The position numbers were made by a program, and so were the translations under genes. Below the pieces are notes generated by a model that made no database searches, was not told the origin of the DNA, and saw only the letters and a program-made list of their open reading frames with translations. From contig CANRSN010000001.1 of the NCBI GenBank assembly GCA_947642455.1, positions 20,773-84,772 of the forward strand: DNA of 64,000 bases, written 5' to 3'. Numbering within the stretch: the first letter of the stretch is position 1; each line of letters begins with the position of its first letter. This DNA comes from an uncultured Clostridiaceae bacterium (lineage in GTDB: Bacteria > Bacillota > Clostridia > TANB77 > CAG-508). Shown in pieces: positions 21,101-30,160 of this stretch.

Positions 21101-21471
21101 AATTCTGTAATTTGTGTTAAAACCATGTCTATATTTTTATCTGATTTACCTAAAAATTTTAATTCCTTTTTCTTGTTTAAAAGTATATTATATACTAACA
21201 TTGCTTTTCCAGATGCACTTATATTTGTTTTTGTGCTTCCATATACTTCATTTGCAACTCTATATGCCATACGATCAAATGTTAATACTTCTGCAACCAT
21301 AATTGCTCCAGTATTTATTTTTTCTAAAAGTTTTTTTTCTGCTGTATATGAAAATTGTTCTGGAGTTATTATGTATATTTTATTATTTTTGTCTAACTTT
21401 TCTACTATTTCATCAAAGCAAAAGTTGCTTTTTCCACTTCCTGATTTTCCACAAATTAATCTAAAACTCAT
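18148..21471 (-). CDS. addB: ATP-dependent helicase/nuclease subunit B
   Basis: GKSGSGKS, SVSRLEKYRACPF, GKIDRVD, IIDYKS, C-terminal CKYCNYKSIC; start MSFRLICG at 21471. Confidence 0.93.
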   Translation of the reverse strand: MSFRLICGKSGSGKSNFCFDEIVEKLDKNNKIYIITPEQFSYTAEKKLLEKINTGAIMVAEVLTFDRMAYRVANEVYGSTKTNISASGKAMLVYNILLNKKKELKFLGKSDKNIDMVLTQITELKKHNISIEKLKEIIESTEDKYLKAKLEDIYAIYESFEQNIENKYIDENDKLDILAQQLEKTDMFKNTIIYIDEFAGFTPQEYNIIKALARKAKQISVTVCTDDLDMQTNPDTDIFYSNKKTASKLLYMAKTENIELEKTVFLKNQYRFKSLELEHLEKNIYEVTAEPYQKEVQNVSLFLASNNYSEVENVAKQAVKLVRDEGYRFRDIAVITKELETYSNLCKAIFSKYDIPVFIDEKKELSKNILVKYIISILDIFTKNWSYESMFNYIKSGILNIDKDDIFLLENYCIKWGIKGKKWQNEWNFKEEKELQEKLENIRKQIVEPLINLKQNLSGTKTVEQITKELYKFLVDNNIEQILQNKKNEMIEKDVEIANEYEIAWKVIIDLFDELILIFGQDKTTFEKYIEILKTGLGSSGLGKIPAAQDQVTVGDVDRTRSHKVKAIFIIGLNDGIFPSIHKDEGFLNDNDRKNLKEKGIELAKGTLEQLYEDNFAIYKAFTTAEEKLYLSYSSASLDGATLRPSMLIKKIKNIFPKLKEESDIIYTNSEIITEKSTLEELINNLREFRDGENIDLKWIDVYNYYITNEEYKDKLEMALKAINYENVPEVISQENIDKLYGKKLNTSVSRLEKYRACPFSYHLTYGLKLSEKNNFKVEAIDTGTFMHETIDEFFNRTRENGINIKEISEEQIEKIIEHIVNEKLNLDKNYIFTSTDKYKLLAMRLKKVITKSMKYILETLKNSDFEVFGNELEFKEGKTYKPIKLKLENGRMVEITGKIDRVDIAQMPEETKSDNYNQAENSKSEIGDNNKKYIRIIDYKSSIKDIDLDQVVAGLQLQLLTYLDATCKIEDVLPAGVLYFNLIDPIIKSKKQLTDEEIEEKLKKQFKMKGLILADVKVIKMMDKKLEAGYSTMVPAYISKDGKISEKRSKVLTKEQFEHLQEYTRKLLKQISEEILSGSIKIEPYYNTKNKTMPCKYCNYKSICHY

Positions 21472-21525
21472 ATCTAATATATTCCCTTCTCTATAATAAA
21501 AATTCTGCCTAAATATGCACGTGTG

Positions 21526-21690
21526 ACTATTCAAAAGTAAATAAAATTTATAATCTGCTGTATTATTAATATTTATTTTTATAAGTTTTGCATATGAGAT
21601 TTCTACAATAGAAACACCCATATGCTACCTAAGTAGCCAGTAAAAATAAATATCAATAACACAGCAGATAATTTAATACCTATGAATAGT
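21526..21690 (+). repeat. Palindromic element family A with a substituted core
   Basis: Same outer and inner arms as the 12895 copy; core begins AAGTTTTGC and ends AGCCAGTAAAAA but the middle is different. Confidence 0.8.
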
Positions 21691-21692
21691 TT

Positions 21693-22589
21693 TTATTGGC
21701 TTTTTGAAACCACCTCTGTATTATCTCTTTTCCAATAAAATAAATATTGTTGTGCTAGCCCAGCTATATTTCCAAACTTTTCATATGCTAATTTTTCTAT
21801 TTGCTTTTTATTTACTTTTGTTTCATCTTCATTTTTTATGTATAATTCATTCATTACTCTTCTAACCCATACATCTATCGGGAATGCTTCAAACCTTTTT
21901 AATGTTGAAAATAGTAATATGCAATCTGCAACTTTTGGACCTACCCCAGAAAGTGTAAGTAATTTCTCTCTTACTATTGTAAAATCTTTTTCTTTATGCA
22001 ACTCTTTTAAGTCTACCTTTTTATTTATTACCATTTGTGTTGTTTCATATACTCTTACATCTCTAAAACCTAAGCCTAATTTTCTTAAGTCTTCAACTTT
22101 TGCTTTAGAAAGCTCCTCTGGTGTTGGAAATGTATAATATTGCTTTCCATTGTATTGTATTTTTTGACCATATTGTGCAGATATTCTTTCTATTATTCCC
22201 TTTATTCTTGGTATGTTGTTATTTGCTGATATTATAAATGATATTATGGTTTCCCACAAATCTTGATTTAATATTCTTATTCCTTTTCCATATTGTATAC
22301 TTGTTTTCATGTTTTCATCTATTTTTGATAGTCTTTCTTTAATTTCTTCATAGTTTCTGTTTAAGTCAAAATATTCTGTACATACCTTTTTTATGTTGTC
22401 TTGACATATTCCTTTAAATATTATTTGCTTTTCATTTGGTGTTTCTGATACATTTATAACATTTTCTCCAAAAACACCTATATAACTTCCATCTATTTGT
22501 TTATTCCATCTAAAACATTGACCACAGTCAAATATGTCTTTCAATTCAAATGAGTTTCCTTTTTCTATTTTATATATCTGTTCTTCCAT
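21693..22589 (-). CDS. 8-oxoguanine DNA glycosylase (Ogg family)
   Basis: DCGQCFRW, SANNNIPRI, GVGPKVADC, FPIDVW. Confidence 0.92.
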   Translation of the reverse strand: MEEQIYKIEKGNSFELKDIFDCGQCFRWNKQIDGSYIGVFGENVINVSETPNEKQIIFKGICQDNIKKVCTEYFDLNRNYEEIKERLSKIDENMKTSIQYGKGIRILNQDLWETIISFIISANNNIPRIKGIIERISAQYGQKIQYNGKQYYTFPTPEELSKAKVEDLRKLGLGFRDVRVYETTQMVINKKVDLKELHKEKDFTIVREKLLTLSGVGPKVADCILLFSTLKRFEAFPIDVWVRRVMNELYIKNEDETKVNKKQIEKLAYEKFGNIAGLAQQYLFYWKRDNTEVVSKSQ

Positions 22590-22621
22590 TTTTTACTCCT
22601 TCATTATTGTATATGCTTGGA

Positions 22622-22906
22622 GAACAAAAGAGGCATGATTAAAGTATTTAGACCTTTTAGATTACTTTTCATGCCTCGTCTTTGTTCGCCCGCAAAAATT
22701 ACTTTAGCAATTTTGTGTGGAACGTTTAGCGAAGCTTTTCTATTATAGAACAAACCGGAAAGCCTTTAAATTAGCATAACTTTAACTTTTCTCTTTGGCT
22801 TTCCGTAAATTTGTTCTGTGCCAAATTTTTTTAAAATTTGTGCACAATGTTTGCGAAGTTTTTTATACAATAGGAAAAGTCAGTATGACTTTCCTATTGT
22901 ATGAAA
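22622..22906. repeat. Family B multi-hairpin element, two tandem units plus terminal hairpin
   Basis: GAACAAA..TTTGTTC stems at 22622 and 22748, each unit ending GCGAAG(C/T)TTTT; final hairpin ATACAATAGGAAA..TTTCCTATTGTAT. Confidence 0.82.
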
Positions 22907-22924
22907 AGAATTTCAAAGAAAATT

Positions 22925-25900
22925 TTATCTACCTATCTGATTTTGTTTTGGTTTAAGTAATCCTTTTATGTCTAAATCTGAGTTTCTGTTTTGACATTGT
23001 TGCAAATATTTTTTTACTGTAGTTGCTAATTTTGCTGGAGCTGTTGCTAATAAATTACTTAATTTTTTATCAAATGGTAGATCTTTGTATGTTTCTATAC
23101 CATTTGTTAATTCATTTGTTGCCATTTCTACACTTTCATTTAATGCTTCTGCTAAAAATGAATTATATGACGGTTGAACTGGCTGTAATTTTCCATCTGC
23201 TTTTATATAATTACTATTCTTTGGATCTGGTGCAATTGCTGCTACTCCTTCTACTCTTTTTAAAAATGGATTAACACTTTCGCAACCTTTAAATAAATTC
23301 ATATTTTCTTTTTTTATCTGATTAATTACATCTAATACTTGTGTTAAATTGCTTACACCATTTTTTCCAACTTGATTATTTGTATATATTACAATTTTTT
23401 CATTTCTGCTTAACCTATTCATTTGTTGTTCTGATGTAAATTTTAAGTATATTGGATTTTTTCCCATTTTCTTTAATATTTCATTTGCTAATAATACTGT
23501 ATTGGCTCTAGTTGGATTTAAGTATAATCTTTCTGTTATAGGTATTCTAGAATTAAAAAATTCACCATTTCTTATATGAATAAAGTCTGGTTCACCATTA
23601 ATATTTTTTTGTTCATCTATAATATATTTCCTTTTTCTATATGCAGCTACCATTGCATCCTGTTGTGCTATATTACCAGGTTGCCCACTCTCCTGTTTTC
23701 CTGCAATTTCTACTAATGCTTTATATGGATTTACATTTCCCTCTTTTGCTAATTGTACATATGAACTAATATATTGTTGAATTGCTCCTTCTACAGTATT
23801 AAAATTATACCAGCCTACATCTTTTGCTTCTGCCCTTCTTATTAAATCATTCCTAAATTCTCTTCTTTGTTGTTCGACTGAATTCTGTTGTGGCTTTCCA
23901 GTTCCATTTTTCTCTTCTGCTATTTGTTGTCTTCTTGTTTGTTGTTCTATTGCTTGTTGTTGCTGTGGTGTAAGTTGTGGATTTTGTGTTAAATCTAATG
24001 TTTTATCTACTTGTTTTTTCATTCCTGCTTCTCGTTGTCTTTTTGCTTCTTGTTCTATTGCTTGTTGTTGCTGTGGTGTAAGTTGTGGATTTTGTGTTAA
24101 ATCTATTGTTTTATCTGTTTGTACCTTTCCAATATTATTTTGGAAATACTTATTTTCATTTATATTTTCTAATACTTTTATATACACTGCCATATATGGA
24201 TCTATGGGTACATTATGTTGCAATCTTCTTTGATTTAAAACTTCTTGTAACTTAGTATTATTAAATATCTCTTTTTGCATTTTTAATACATCCATAATTT
24301 GAAGATTGTTATACATCTTTGTTGACATATCATCAAAATTTATAATTTGAGAAGCCTCAGATACAAGTTTATTTCCTCTTAACTTTTCATTTATTGCTTT
24401 TGTTACATTTGGATTATTAGCCTCTCTACTAACTTTTAATAATTCTACTACATTATCTATAGTTAAATTTGAGTTTAAAGTTTTAAGTAGATTATTTACA
24501 TTTATTTGCCTTCCATTATTTCCAACTTTAACATTTTGTTGATTTACGTTTGTTTCATTTGATTGTGATTTATATTCTGAATTTGGATTTTTATTTTGCA
24601 ACATGTCTTCTATGCTATTATATTTATTTATATCATATTTTCCCATAGTAATATTATTTAACATTTGTACATATACTGACATGTATGAATCTATAGGTGA
24701 ATATTTTGATTCTGTCATTCTTCTTTTGTATAGCTGTTCTTGTAACTTAGGATTCTTTAATATTGCTTCCTGTATTTGTGATATTTCATTATTGCTAAGT
24801 GTTGCACTTTTTTTATCTGCTCTTTTATCATACTGCATAATTTCCATAGCCTTTTGCTCTAATTTATTCCCAAGTAACATATCATTTATTGCTTGTACTA
24901 CATCTGGAGCTACACCAATATTATTTTCTCTAACTTTTACTAATTCTATTACCTTGTCTAATGACAAATCTTGATTTATATTTTTTTGTTCTAAATTTAT
25001 TATTCGTGGTTCAAAGTCGCTATAGTCAAAAGCCTCTGATTGAATTTCTGCATTATTTTTCTCTAAAGTTTTTGCTTCTGGCAATGCTAAAGTTTTATTA
25101 TTTCTTTGGAATATTGATTTTATTTTACTCCAAAAACCTACTTTTCCAATACTTGAAGTTTCAATATCCATCGAATTTGATCTTTCACTATTTGCAAAGC
25201 CATGTTCTTCAGAGTTTAAAGTTTGATTATTATTATATTCTAACGTATTTATTTTAACTGGTTTTCCATCATAAATTGCTGCTTCTGGTTTAACTGGCTC
25301 ACCTCTATATAATAAGTCATTTGTATTATTTTCTATTACATTTTCATTTTTAGTTATATCTACTTTGCCTCCAATTCCTCTTGTAAGAGCATTTAATACA
25401 ACTGTTGATAATACTGTTGTTATAGCTGTATCTTTCCAATCACTAAGTGTATAATTTGCATTTGGATCAACAGTTCCTTTATCTATCATTGTTCCTATAA
25501 TATCTGATATAGTTTCCTCTAAAACTTCACCTGAAATATCTGCTCCTTTTTTTGCCATCTTTCTTGCAACATCATTTTTTACATTTTCTATTATTCCTCT
25601 TTCAATAATATCATCTGCAGCACCTTTTCCAAATATATTTACACCACCAAAAAGCATTTCTGTTCCTATTTCCACCATAGCTTTACCATTACCTATTTTG
25701 ACAGCTTCATTAAGATCTGCTCCTTTTTGCAATGCTTCCATTGTTGACTGACCTTTTGTACTTATTCCCATTGCAGCAAGAGAAATTTGAGGATTCTTGG
25801 TTACTGCTGCAGCTGTAATACTAGGAACCATATTCCCAACTACTTGTCCTACATTTCCCATTGTTTGTGTTACAGAACCATAATTGGTTGCTTCTTGGTT

Positions 25901-26401
25901 TAAATCCTTTTGCATGTTTTGTAATGGCTCTGATATTAGTTGATTTACAGCCATTACATTGTCACCTGCTTCTGGATTCATATTTCCTATCATGTTCATT
26001 GCAGCATCATATGTTTGTTTTGCTGGCATATCATTTATAACATCTGTAGAAGCATTTAAAAATATTTCTACCATTTTATCTGGAAACTTTTTGTTTTTAT
26101 CTCTTAATATATTGAATGCTCTTTTTATTCTTCCAGGTGCTTTTACTATAGCTGTTCCTGGATTTGGAGCTATACCATTTGAATTTGTAAAGGCTTGTGT
26201 AACAAATTTACTTTTTGTGCCTTCCATATTTGTACCTTTTTCCATTTCGTTTGCACTTTCTGTTAAAACAGATTGCCCTATTCCAGCAACTCCTGAAGCA
26301 ACTCCTAAGCCTGTTTTCTTTGCTACATATCCAACATCATCTATTATTCCATTCCCTTTTTCTTCTGTATCTATTATTTCTTCATCTCTTTCTTCTTCCA
26401 T
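22925..26401 (-). CDS. Large hypothetical multidomain protein, 1158 aa (internal repeats; C-terminus reminiscent of HopA1-like domain)
   Basis: Long ORF with RBS; repeats visible in the translation. Confidence 0.8.
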   Translation of the reverse strand: MEEERDEEIIDTEEKGNGIIDDVGYVAKKTGLGVASGVAGIGQSVLTESANEMEKGTNMEGTKSKFVTQAFTNSNGIAPNPGTAIVKAPGRIKRAFNILRDKNKKFPDKMVEIFLNASTDVINDMPAKQTYDAAMNMIGNMNPEAGDNVMAVNQLISEPLQNMQKDLNQEATNYGSVTQTMGNVGQVVGNMVPSITAAAVTKNPQISLAAMGISTKGQSTMEALQKGADLNEAVKIGNGKAMVEIGTEMLFGGVNIFGKGAADDIIERGIIENVKNDVARKMAKKGADISGEVLEETISDIIGTMIDKGTVDPNANYTLSDWKDTAITTVLSTVVLNALTRGIGGKVDITKNENVIENNTNDLLYRGEPVKPEAAIYDGKPVKINTLEYNNNQTLNSEEHGFANSERSNSMDIETSSIGKVGFWSKIKSIFQRNNKTLALPEAKTLEKNNAEIQSEAFDYSDFEPRIINLEQKNINQDLSLDKVIELVKVRENNIGVAPDVVQAINDMLLGNKLEQKAMEIMQYDKRADKKSATLSNNEISQIQEAILKNPKLQEQLYKRRMTESKYSPIDSYMSVYVQMLNNITMGKYDINKYNSIEDMLQNKNPNSEYKSQSNETNVNQQNVKVGNNGRQINVNNLLKTLNSNLTIDNVVELLKVSREANNPNVTKAINEKLRGNKLVSEASQIINFDDMSTKMYNNLQIMDVLKMQKEIFNNTKLQEVLNQRRLQHNVPIDPYMAVYIKVLENINENKYFQNNIGKVQTDKTIDLTQNPQLTPQQQQAIEQEAKRQREAGMKKQVDKTLDLTQNPQLTPQQQQAIEQQTRRQQIAEEKNGTGKPQQNSVEQQRREFRNDLIRRAEAKDVGWYNFNTVEGAIQQYISSYVQLAKEGNVNPYKALVEIAGKQESGQPGNIAQQDAMVAAYRKRKYIIDEQKNINGEPDFIHIRNGEFFNSRIPITERLYLNPTRANTVLLANEILKKMGKNPIYLKFTSEQQMNRLSRNEKIVIYTNNQVGKNGVSNLTQVLDVINQIKKENMNLFKGCESVNPFLKRVEGVAAIAPDPKNSNYIKADGKLQPVQPSYNSFLAEALNESVEMATNELTNGIETYKDLPFDKKLSNLLATAPAKLATTVKKYLQQCQNRNSDLDIKGLLKPKQNQIGR
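23943..24116 (-). repeat. Intragenic direct repeat (DKTxDLTQNPQLTPQQQQAIEQ x2, 108-bp period)
   Basis: Near-identical ~66-bp copies. Confidence 0.9.
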
Positions 26402-26483
26402 GTTTTTTCATCCCCTTCATTTGTATGCAATCTCTCTATTTAATTTTATCACACCTTTTTACAGTATACAATACTTATTTTTA

Positions 26484-26743
26484 TTTAATTTTCAGTATTT
26501 TTTAATATCAAGTTTTAGAATAGGTTTATTAAAAATTTTCACGAATATTAATATTTATTTTTGAAAAGTTCTGCGCAGGGAAGCTCCCAGAGTGGAAGTG
26601 ACCCAGAGCGATTGGCGAAGCCAGTAAAGAACTTTGAAAAAATAAATATTAATATTCGTGTATGCAACAAATTGTACTCTTTTTGACTGTCGTGTACGCT
26701 ATTTTTTACACTAAAACTTGATATTAAAAATGCCGAAATTAAA
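26484..26743 (+). repeat. Palindromic element family A, full copy (core 26565-26635)
   Basis: Outer IR TTTTTAATATCAAGTTTTAG, inner IR CACGAATATTAATATTTATTTT, conserved core, plus remnant AACAAATTGTACTCTTTTT of another arm type. Confidence 0.9.
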
Positions 26744-26750
26744 ATTATTA

Positions 26751-27605
26751 TTAAGCATTTTTTCTAAAACCTTTTCCCCAAGCCTCTCTTGCATTTGATA
26801 TTACAATAAATGCTCTATTATCTATGTTTACTGCTATTTGTTTTATTTTTGCTACTTCATTTCTAGTACCTACACAAAAAAGCATCATCTTTTCTTGGTT
26901 AGTATACATACCTTTTGCATAAATTCCTGTACTTCCCCTATCAACCTTTTCTCCAATTACCTTAGCTATTTCCTCATATTTTTCTGAAACTATATACATA
27001 ACCTTTGTAAAATAAATTCCCTCAAAAATAATGTCTATCATTTTTCCCATTAAATATATTGTAATTGCTGAATATAGCCCTATCTCTATATCTTTAAAGA
27101 AAAATACATTTAAAGCAACAATTACTATATCTACCATAACGATCAAAGAGCTTGACCTATAATATGGCTTAAATGACCTTATTATATATGAAAGTAAATC
27201 TGTTCCACCTGTTGATGCTGTAACTTTTAGAATTAATGCTGTTCCAATTCCCATTGAAATGCCACCATATATACATGCCAAAAATCTATCATTTGTTAAT
27301 TGTGGGAACTTATCAAAGAAATCAATAAATAATGATAACAATGTAGTTCCCAAAATTGTTTTTATTACAAGACCTTTTCCTATTCTAAAATATGCAAAAA
27401 TTATTAATGGGATATTTAATAATAATATAACTGTTCCCATTGGTGTACCTATTAAATAGTAAAATATTGTTGCAATTCCTGAAAAACCCCCAGATGAAAG
27501 TTGATTTGGAAGCAAGAAAAATGATGTTCCAAATGCCATTATTCCAGAGCCAAGAATTATAAAAAATAATTCATATATATTTTTTCTTAATTTAATAAAA
27601 TCCAT
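26751..27605 (-). CDS. YitT family membrane protein
   Basis: GGFSGIA, LNIPL, STGGTD, C-terminal DUF2179-like domain ending GKGF. Confidence 0.9.
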   Translation of the reverse strand: MDFIKLRKNIYELFFIILGSGIMAFGTSFFLLPNQLSSGGFSGIATIFYYLIGTPMGTVILLLNIPLIIFAYFRIGKGLVIKTILGTTLLSLFIDFFDKFPQLTNDRFLACIYGGISMGIGTALILKVTASTGGTDLLSYIIRSFKPYYRSSSLIVMVDIVIVALNVFFFKDIEIGLYSAITIYLMGKMIDIIFEGIYFTKVMYIVSEKYEEIAKVIGEKVDRGSTGIYAKGMYTNQEKMMLFCVGTRNEVAKIKQIAVNIDNRAFIVISNAREAWGKGFRKNA

Positions 27606-27672
27606 ATAACCTCCATTTTACTAATTTTAGCAAAACTTCTTTTATATGGATTATTATCCTTTTTATTTACTT

Positions 27673-28740
27673 TTATACTTCTACTTTTTCTTTTACTATG
27701 TCATCATAAGTTTTTAATATTGTTATTTCAAATTTGCCTTGTTTAATATCTTCATTAGGTTTTACAATTACATCTACCTCATACACATCTCTTAATTTTG
27801 TTACATTTTCCTTTTTATGACCAATAATGTTATTAATATCTTCTGGATTTGCCTGTACCTCTACTTCTTTTACTTTTACATTAAATTTCTTTATTTTTTC
27901 TACAATTGTATCATACCATAGACCTGCTTCCACCAATTGCCTAAATGCTGGATGAAATGGTCCTGCTACAACTTCACTATCTGGATTTTCTGAATCTGTA
28001 ATCTCATTTGTATTTTGAAGACCAATTCTAATTATTTTTATATTTTTTCTGTTAAATAAATTTGCTATCTCTTTACATCTTTCTACTGCCTGTGTTACTG
28101 AAAGTGGTTCATATTCTCCCTTATTATATTGTGTTTCTAACTCTGTTCCTTTTATTACAAGCACTGGATATATTCTTACTATTTTGGGCTTTAATTTAAT
28201 CAACTCTTTTGCAGTATTTGTTTCATCTATTTTTGTACTCTCTGGAAGCCCCACCATCATTTGATGCCCTAAAGTAAAACCATATAGTCTAATTAACCTT
28301 GATGCTTTTTTTACATCTTTAAAAGTATGCCCTCTTTGCGCAATTTGTAATATGTAGTCATTTGCTGATTGTACTCCTAACTCTATTGTTTTTACTTTAT
28401 ATTTTTTAAGCATTTTTAATATGTTTTTATCTATACAATCTGGTCTGGTTGATATTCGTATACTATCTATTTTTCCTGTTTGTATATACTTATATGCTTC
28501 TTCTAATAGTTCTTTTTGCAATTTTATATCTATTGCTGTAAAACTCCCTCCAAAAAATGCTACTTCTATTTTTTTATCATCTGTTTTAAAATTTTTTAAG
28601 TAATACTCTATAGTGTCTTTTACATCTTTTGCTCTAACTTGCTTTTTCTCTCCACTGATTTTTGCTTGATTGCAAAATACACATGTATGCGGACACCCTA
28701 AGTGTGGTACAAATATTGGAATAATGTATTCTTTTTTCAT
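27673..28740 (-). CDS. Elp3-like radical SAM protein
   Basis: GCPHTCVFCNQ, FFGGSFT, STRPD, ELGVQS; usual clostridial neighbour of rnc. Confidence 0.88.
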   Translation of the reverse strand: MKKEYIIPIFVPHLGCPHTCVFCNQAKISGEKKQVRAKDVKDTIEYYLKNFKTDDKKIEVAFFGGSFTAIDIKLQKELLEEAYKYIQTGKIDSIRISTRPDCIDKNILKMLKKYKVKTIELGVQSANDYILQIAQRGHTFKDVKKASRLIRLYGFTLGHQMMVGLPESTKIDETNTAKELIKLKPKIVRIYPVLVIKGTELETQYNKGEYEPLSVTQAVERCKEIANLFNRKNIKIIRIGLQNTNEITDSENPDSEVVAGPFHPAFRQLVEAGLWYDTIVEKIKKFNVKVKEVEVQANPEDINNIIGHKKENVTKLRDVYEVDVIVKPNEDIKQGKFEITILKTYDDIVKEKVEV

Positions 28741-28771
28741 AGCCTTACCCCTTTCTAGTTTTCCATAGATA

Positions 28772-28960
28772 TACTATTTATATATTTTATATAGCTTTTT
28801 GGCTTTATTTGCTTTCTATACCTATTACTATTTATATTTTTTTATAGCTTTTTGGCTTTATTCGCTTTCTATACCTATTACTATTTATATTTTTTTATAG
28901 CTTTTTGGCTTTATTCGCTTTCTATACCTATTACTATTTTATATTTTTTGTATAGCTTTT
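28772..28960. repeat. Tandem repeat, ~53-bp unit x~3.5, overlapping the rnc 3' end
   Basis: TATAGCTTTTTGGCTTTATTCGCTTTCTATACCTATTACTATTTATATTTTT starting at 28790, 28843 and 28896. Confidence 0.9.
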
Positions 28961-29610
28961 CTTGCAGCTTCCATTTCTGCTGCTTTTTTCGTTTTTCCTT
29001 CTCCTTGTGCCAATATTTTTCCATTACAACTTACTTCTGCTGTAAAATTCTTGTCATGGTCTGGACCTTCTTCTTTTATAATTTCATAAAATATTTTTAC
29101 ATCTCCATGTATTTGCAATTTTTCCTGTAGTACGGTTTTATAATCTTTTTGTCCTACATTTTGACTTGCTATTAATGCAGGCTCTTTTAAATTTTCTATA
29201 ATAAATTTTTCTGCTTCTTCTATTCCTGAATCAAAATAGATTGCTGCTATTACAGCTTCTACACTATCTGCCATTATTGCTTGCCTTGTATTTCCATGGT
29301 TTTGAAGTTCACTTTTTCCAACATATAAGAAATCACTAAAATTATGCTTTTTAGCTATTTCATATAAACTTTTCTCACATACTATTGTTGCTCTAACTTT
29401 TGTCATTTCTCCTTCTTTTAATTTAGGGAAGTTTTCATATAGGTATTTACTAGATATGAATTCTAAAATGCTATCTCCTAAAAATTCTAATTTTTCATTG
29501 CTCTCTACTTTGTTTTCAAACGCATATGAACTATGTGTTAATGCTTTTTTTAATAACTGTTTGTTTTTAAATTTGTATTTTATGTTTTCTTCCAACCTTT
29601 GTAATTCCAT
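28939..29610 (-). CDS. rnc: Ribonuclease III
   Basis: NEKLEFLGDS signature, C-terminal dsRBD. Confidence 0.95.
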   Translation of the reverse strand: MELQRLEENIKYKFKNKQLLKKALTHSSYAFENKVESNEKLEFLGDSILEFISSKYLYENFPKLKEGEMTKVRATIVCEKSLYEIAKKHNFSDFLYVGKSELQNHGNTRQAIMADSVEAVIAAIYFDSGIEEAEKFIIENLKEPALIASQNVGQKDYKTVLQEKLQIHGDVKIFYEIIKEEGPDHDKNFTAEVSCNGKILAQGEGKTKKAAEMEAARKAIQKI

Positions 29611-29766
29611 TTTTACTCTCATTCCTTTATAAGTTTATATATTTTCCACCTATTAATTTTATCTTTCTCCCATTATATACCATATCTAAAAAAAAATAAA
29701 GAGTATTTTTATAAAAAAAAATTGTCAAAATAGGATATTCCCTTGACAATTTTAAATTATTTTATC

Positions 29767-30009
29767 TTATGCTAAATGTTCTTTTATGTATTCAACTACA
29801 TCTCCTACTGTAACTATTTTTTCAGCATCTGCATCTGGTATTTCTGTGTCAAATTCTTCTTCTAATGCCATTATTAATTCTACTATATCTAAAGAATCTG
29901 CTCCCAAATCATCTATAAAAGATGCTTCCATAGTAACTGATGTATCTACTACACCTAGTTGTTCTACTATTATTCCTTTTACTTTTTCAAATATTTCTTC
30001 ACTTGTCAT
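29767..30009 (-). CDS. acpP: Acyl carrier protein
   Basis: [11 protein letters not shown]. Confidence 0.95.
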   Translation of the reverse strand: MTSEEIFEKVKGIIVEQLGVVDTSVTMEASFIDDLGADSLDIVELIMALEEEFDTEIPDADAEKIVTVGDVVEYIKEHLA

Positions 30010-30108
30010 TATAATTACACCCCCTCTCACCTCATAATTTTATTTTCCTTTACAATAATATATGTTTTTATAAATGTCAAGCATTTATTACAATTTTTTA
30101 TAATATTT

Positions 30109-30160
30109 AGTAACTATTAAGAGCTCTTATACTATCTGCTGTGTTATTAATATTTATTTT
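30109..30160 (+). repeat. Family A half-element (left arms), overlapping the plsX stop codon
   Basis: AGTAACTATT...TGCTGTGTTATTAATATTTATTTT as in the 12895 copy. Confidence 0.7.

Noticed and set aside
21472-21621. N-terminal extension of AddB in the ORF track
   Set aside because: Starts inside a family A repeat; RBS and Walker A position support ATG 21471
28772-28960. Possible CRISPR array
   Set aside because: Contiguous tandem units with no unique spacers and no cas genes
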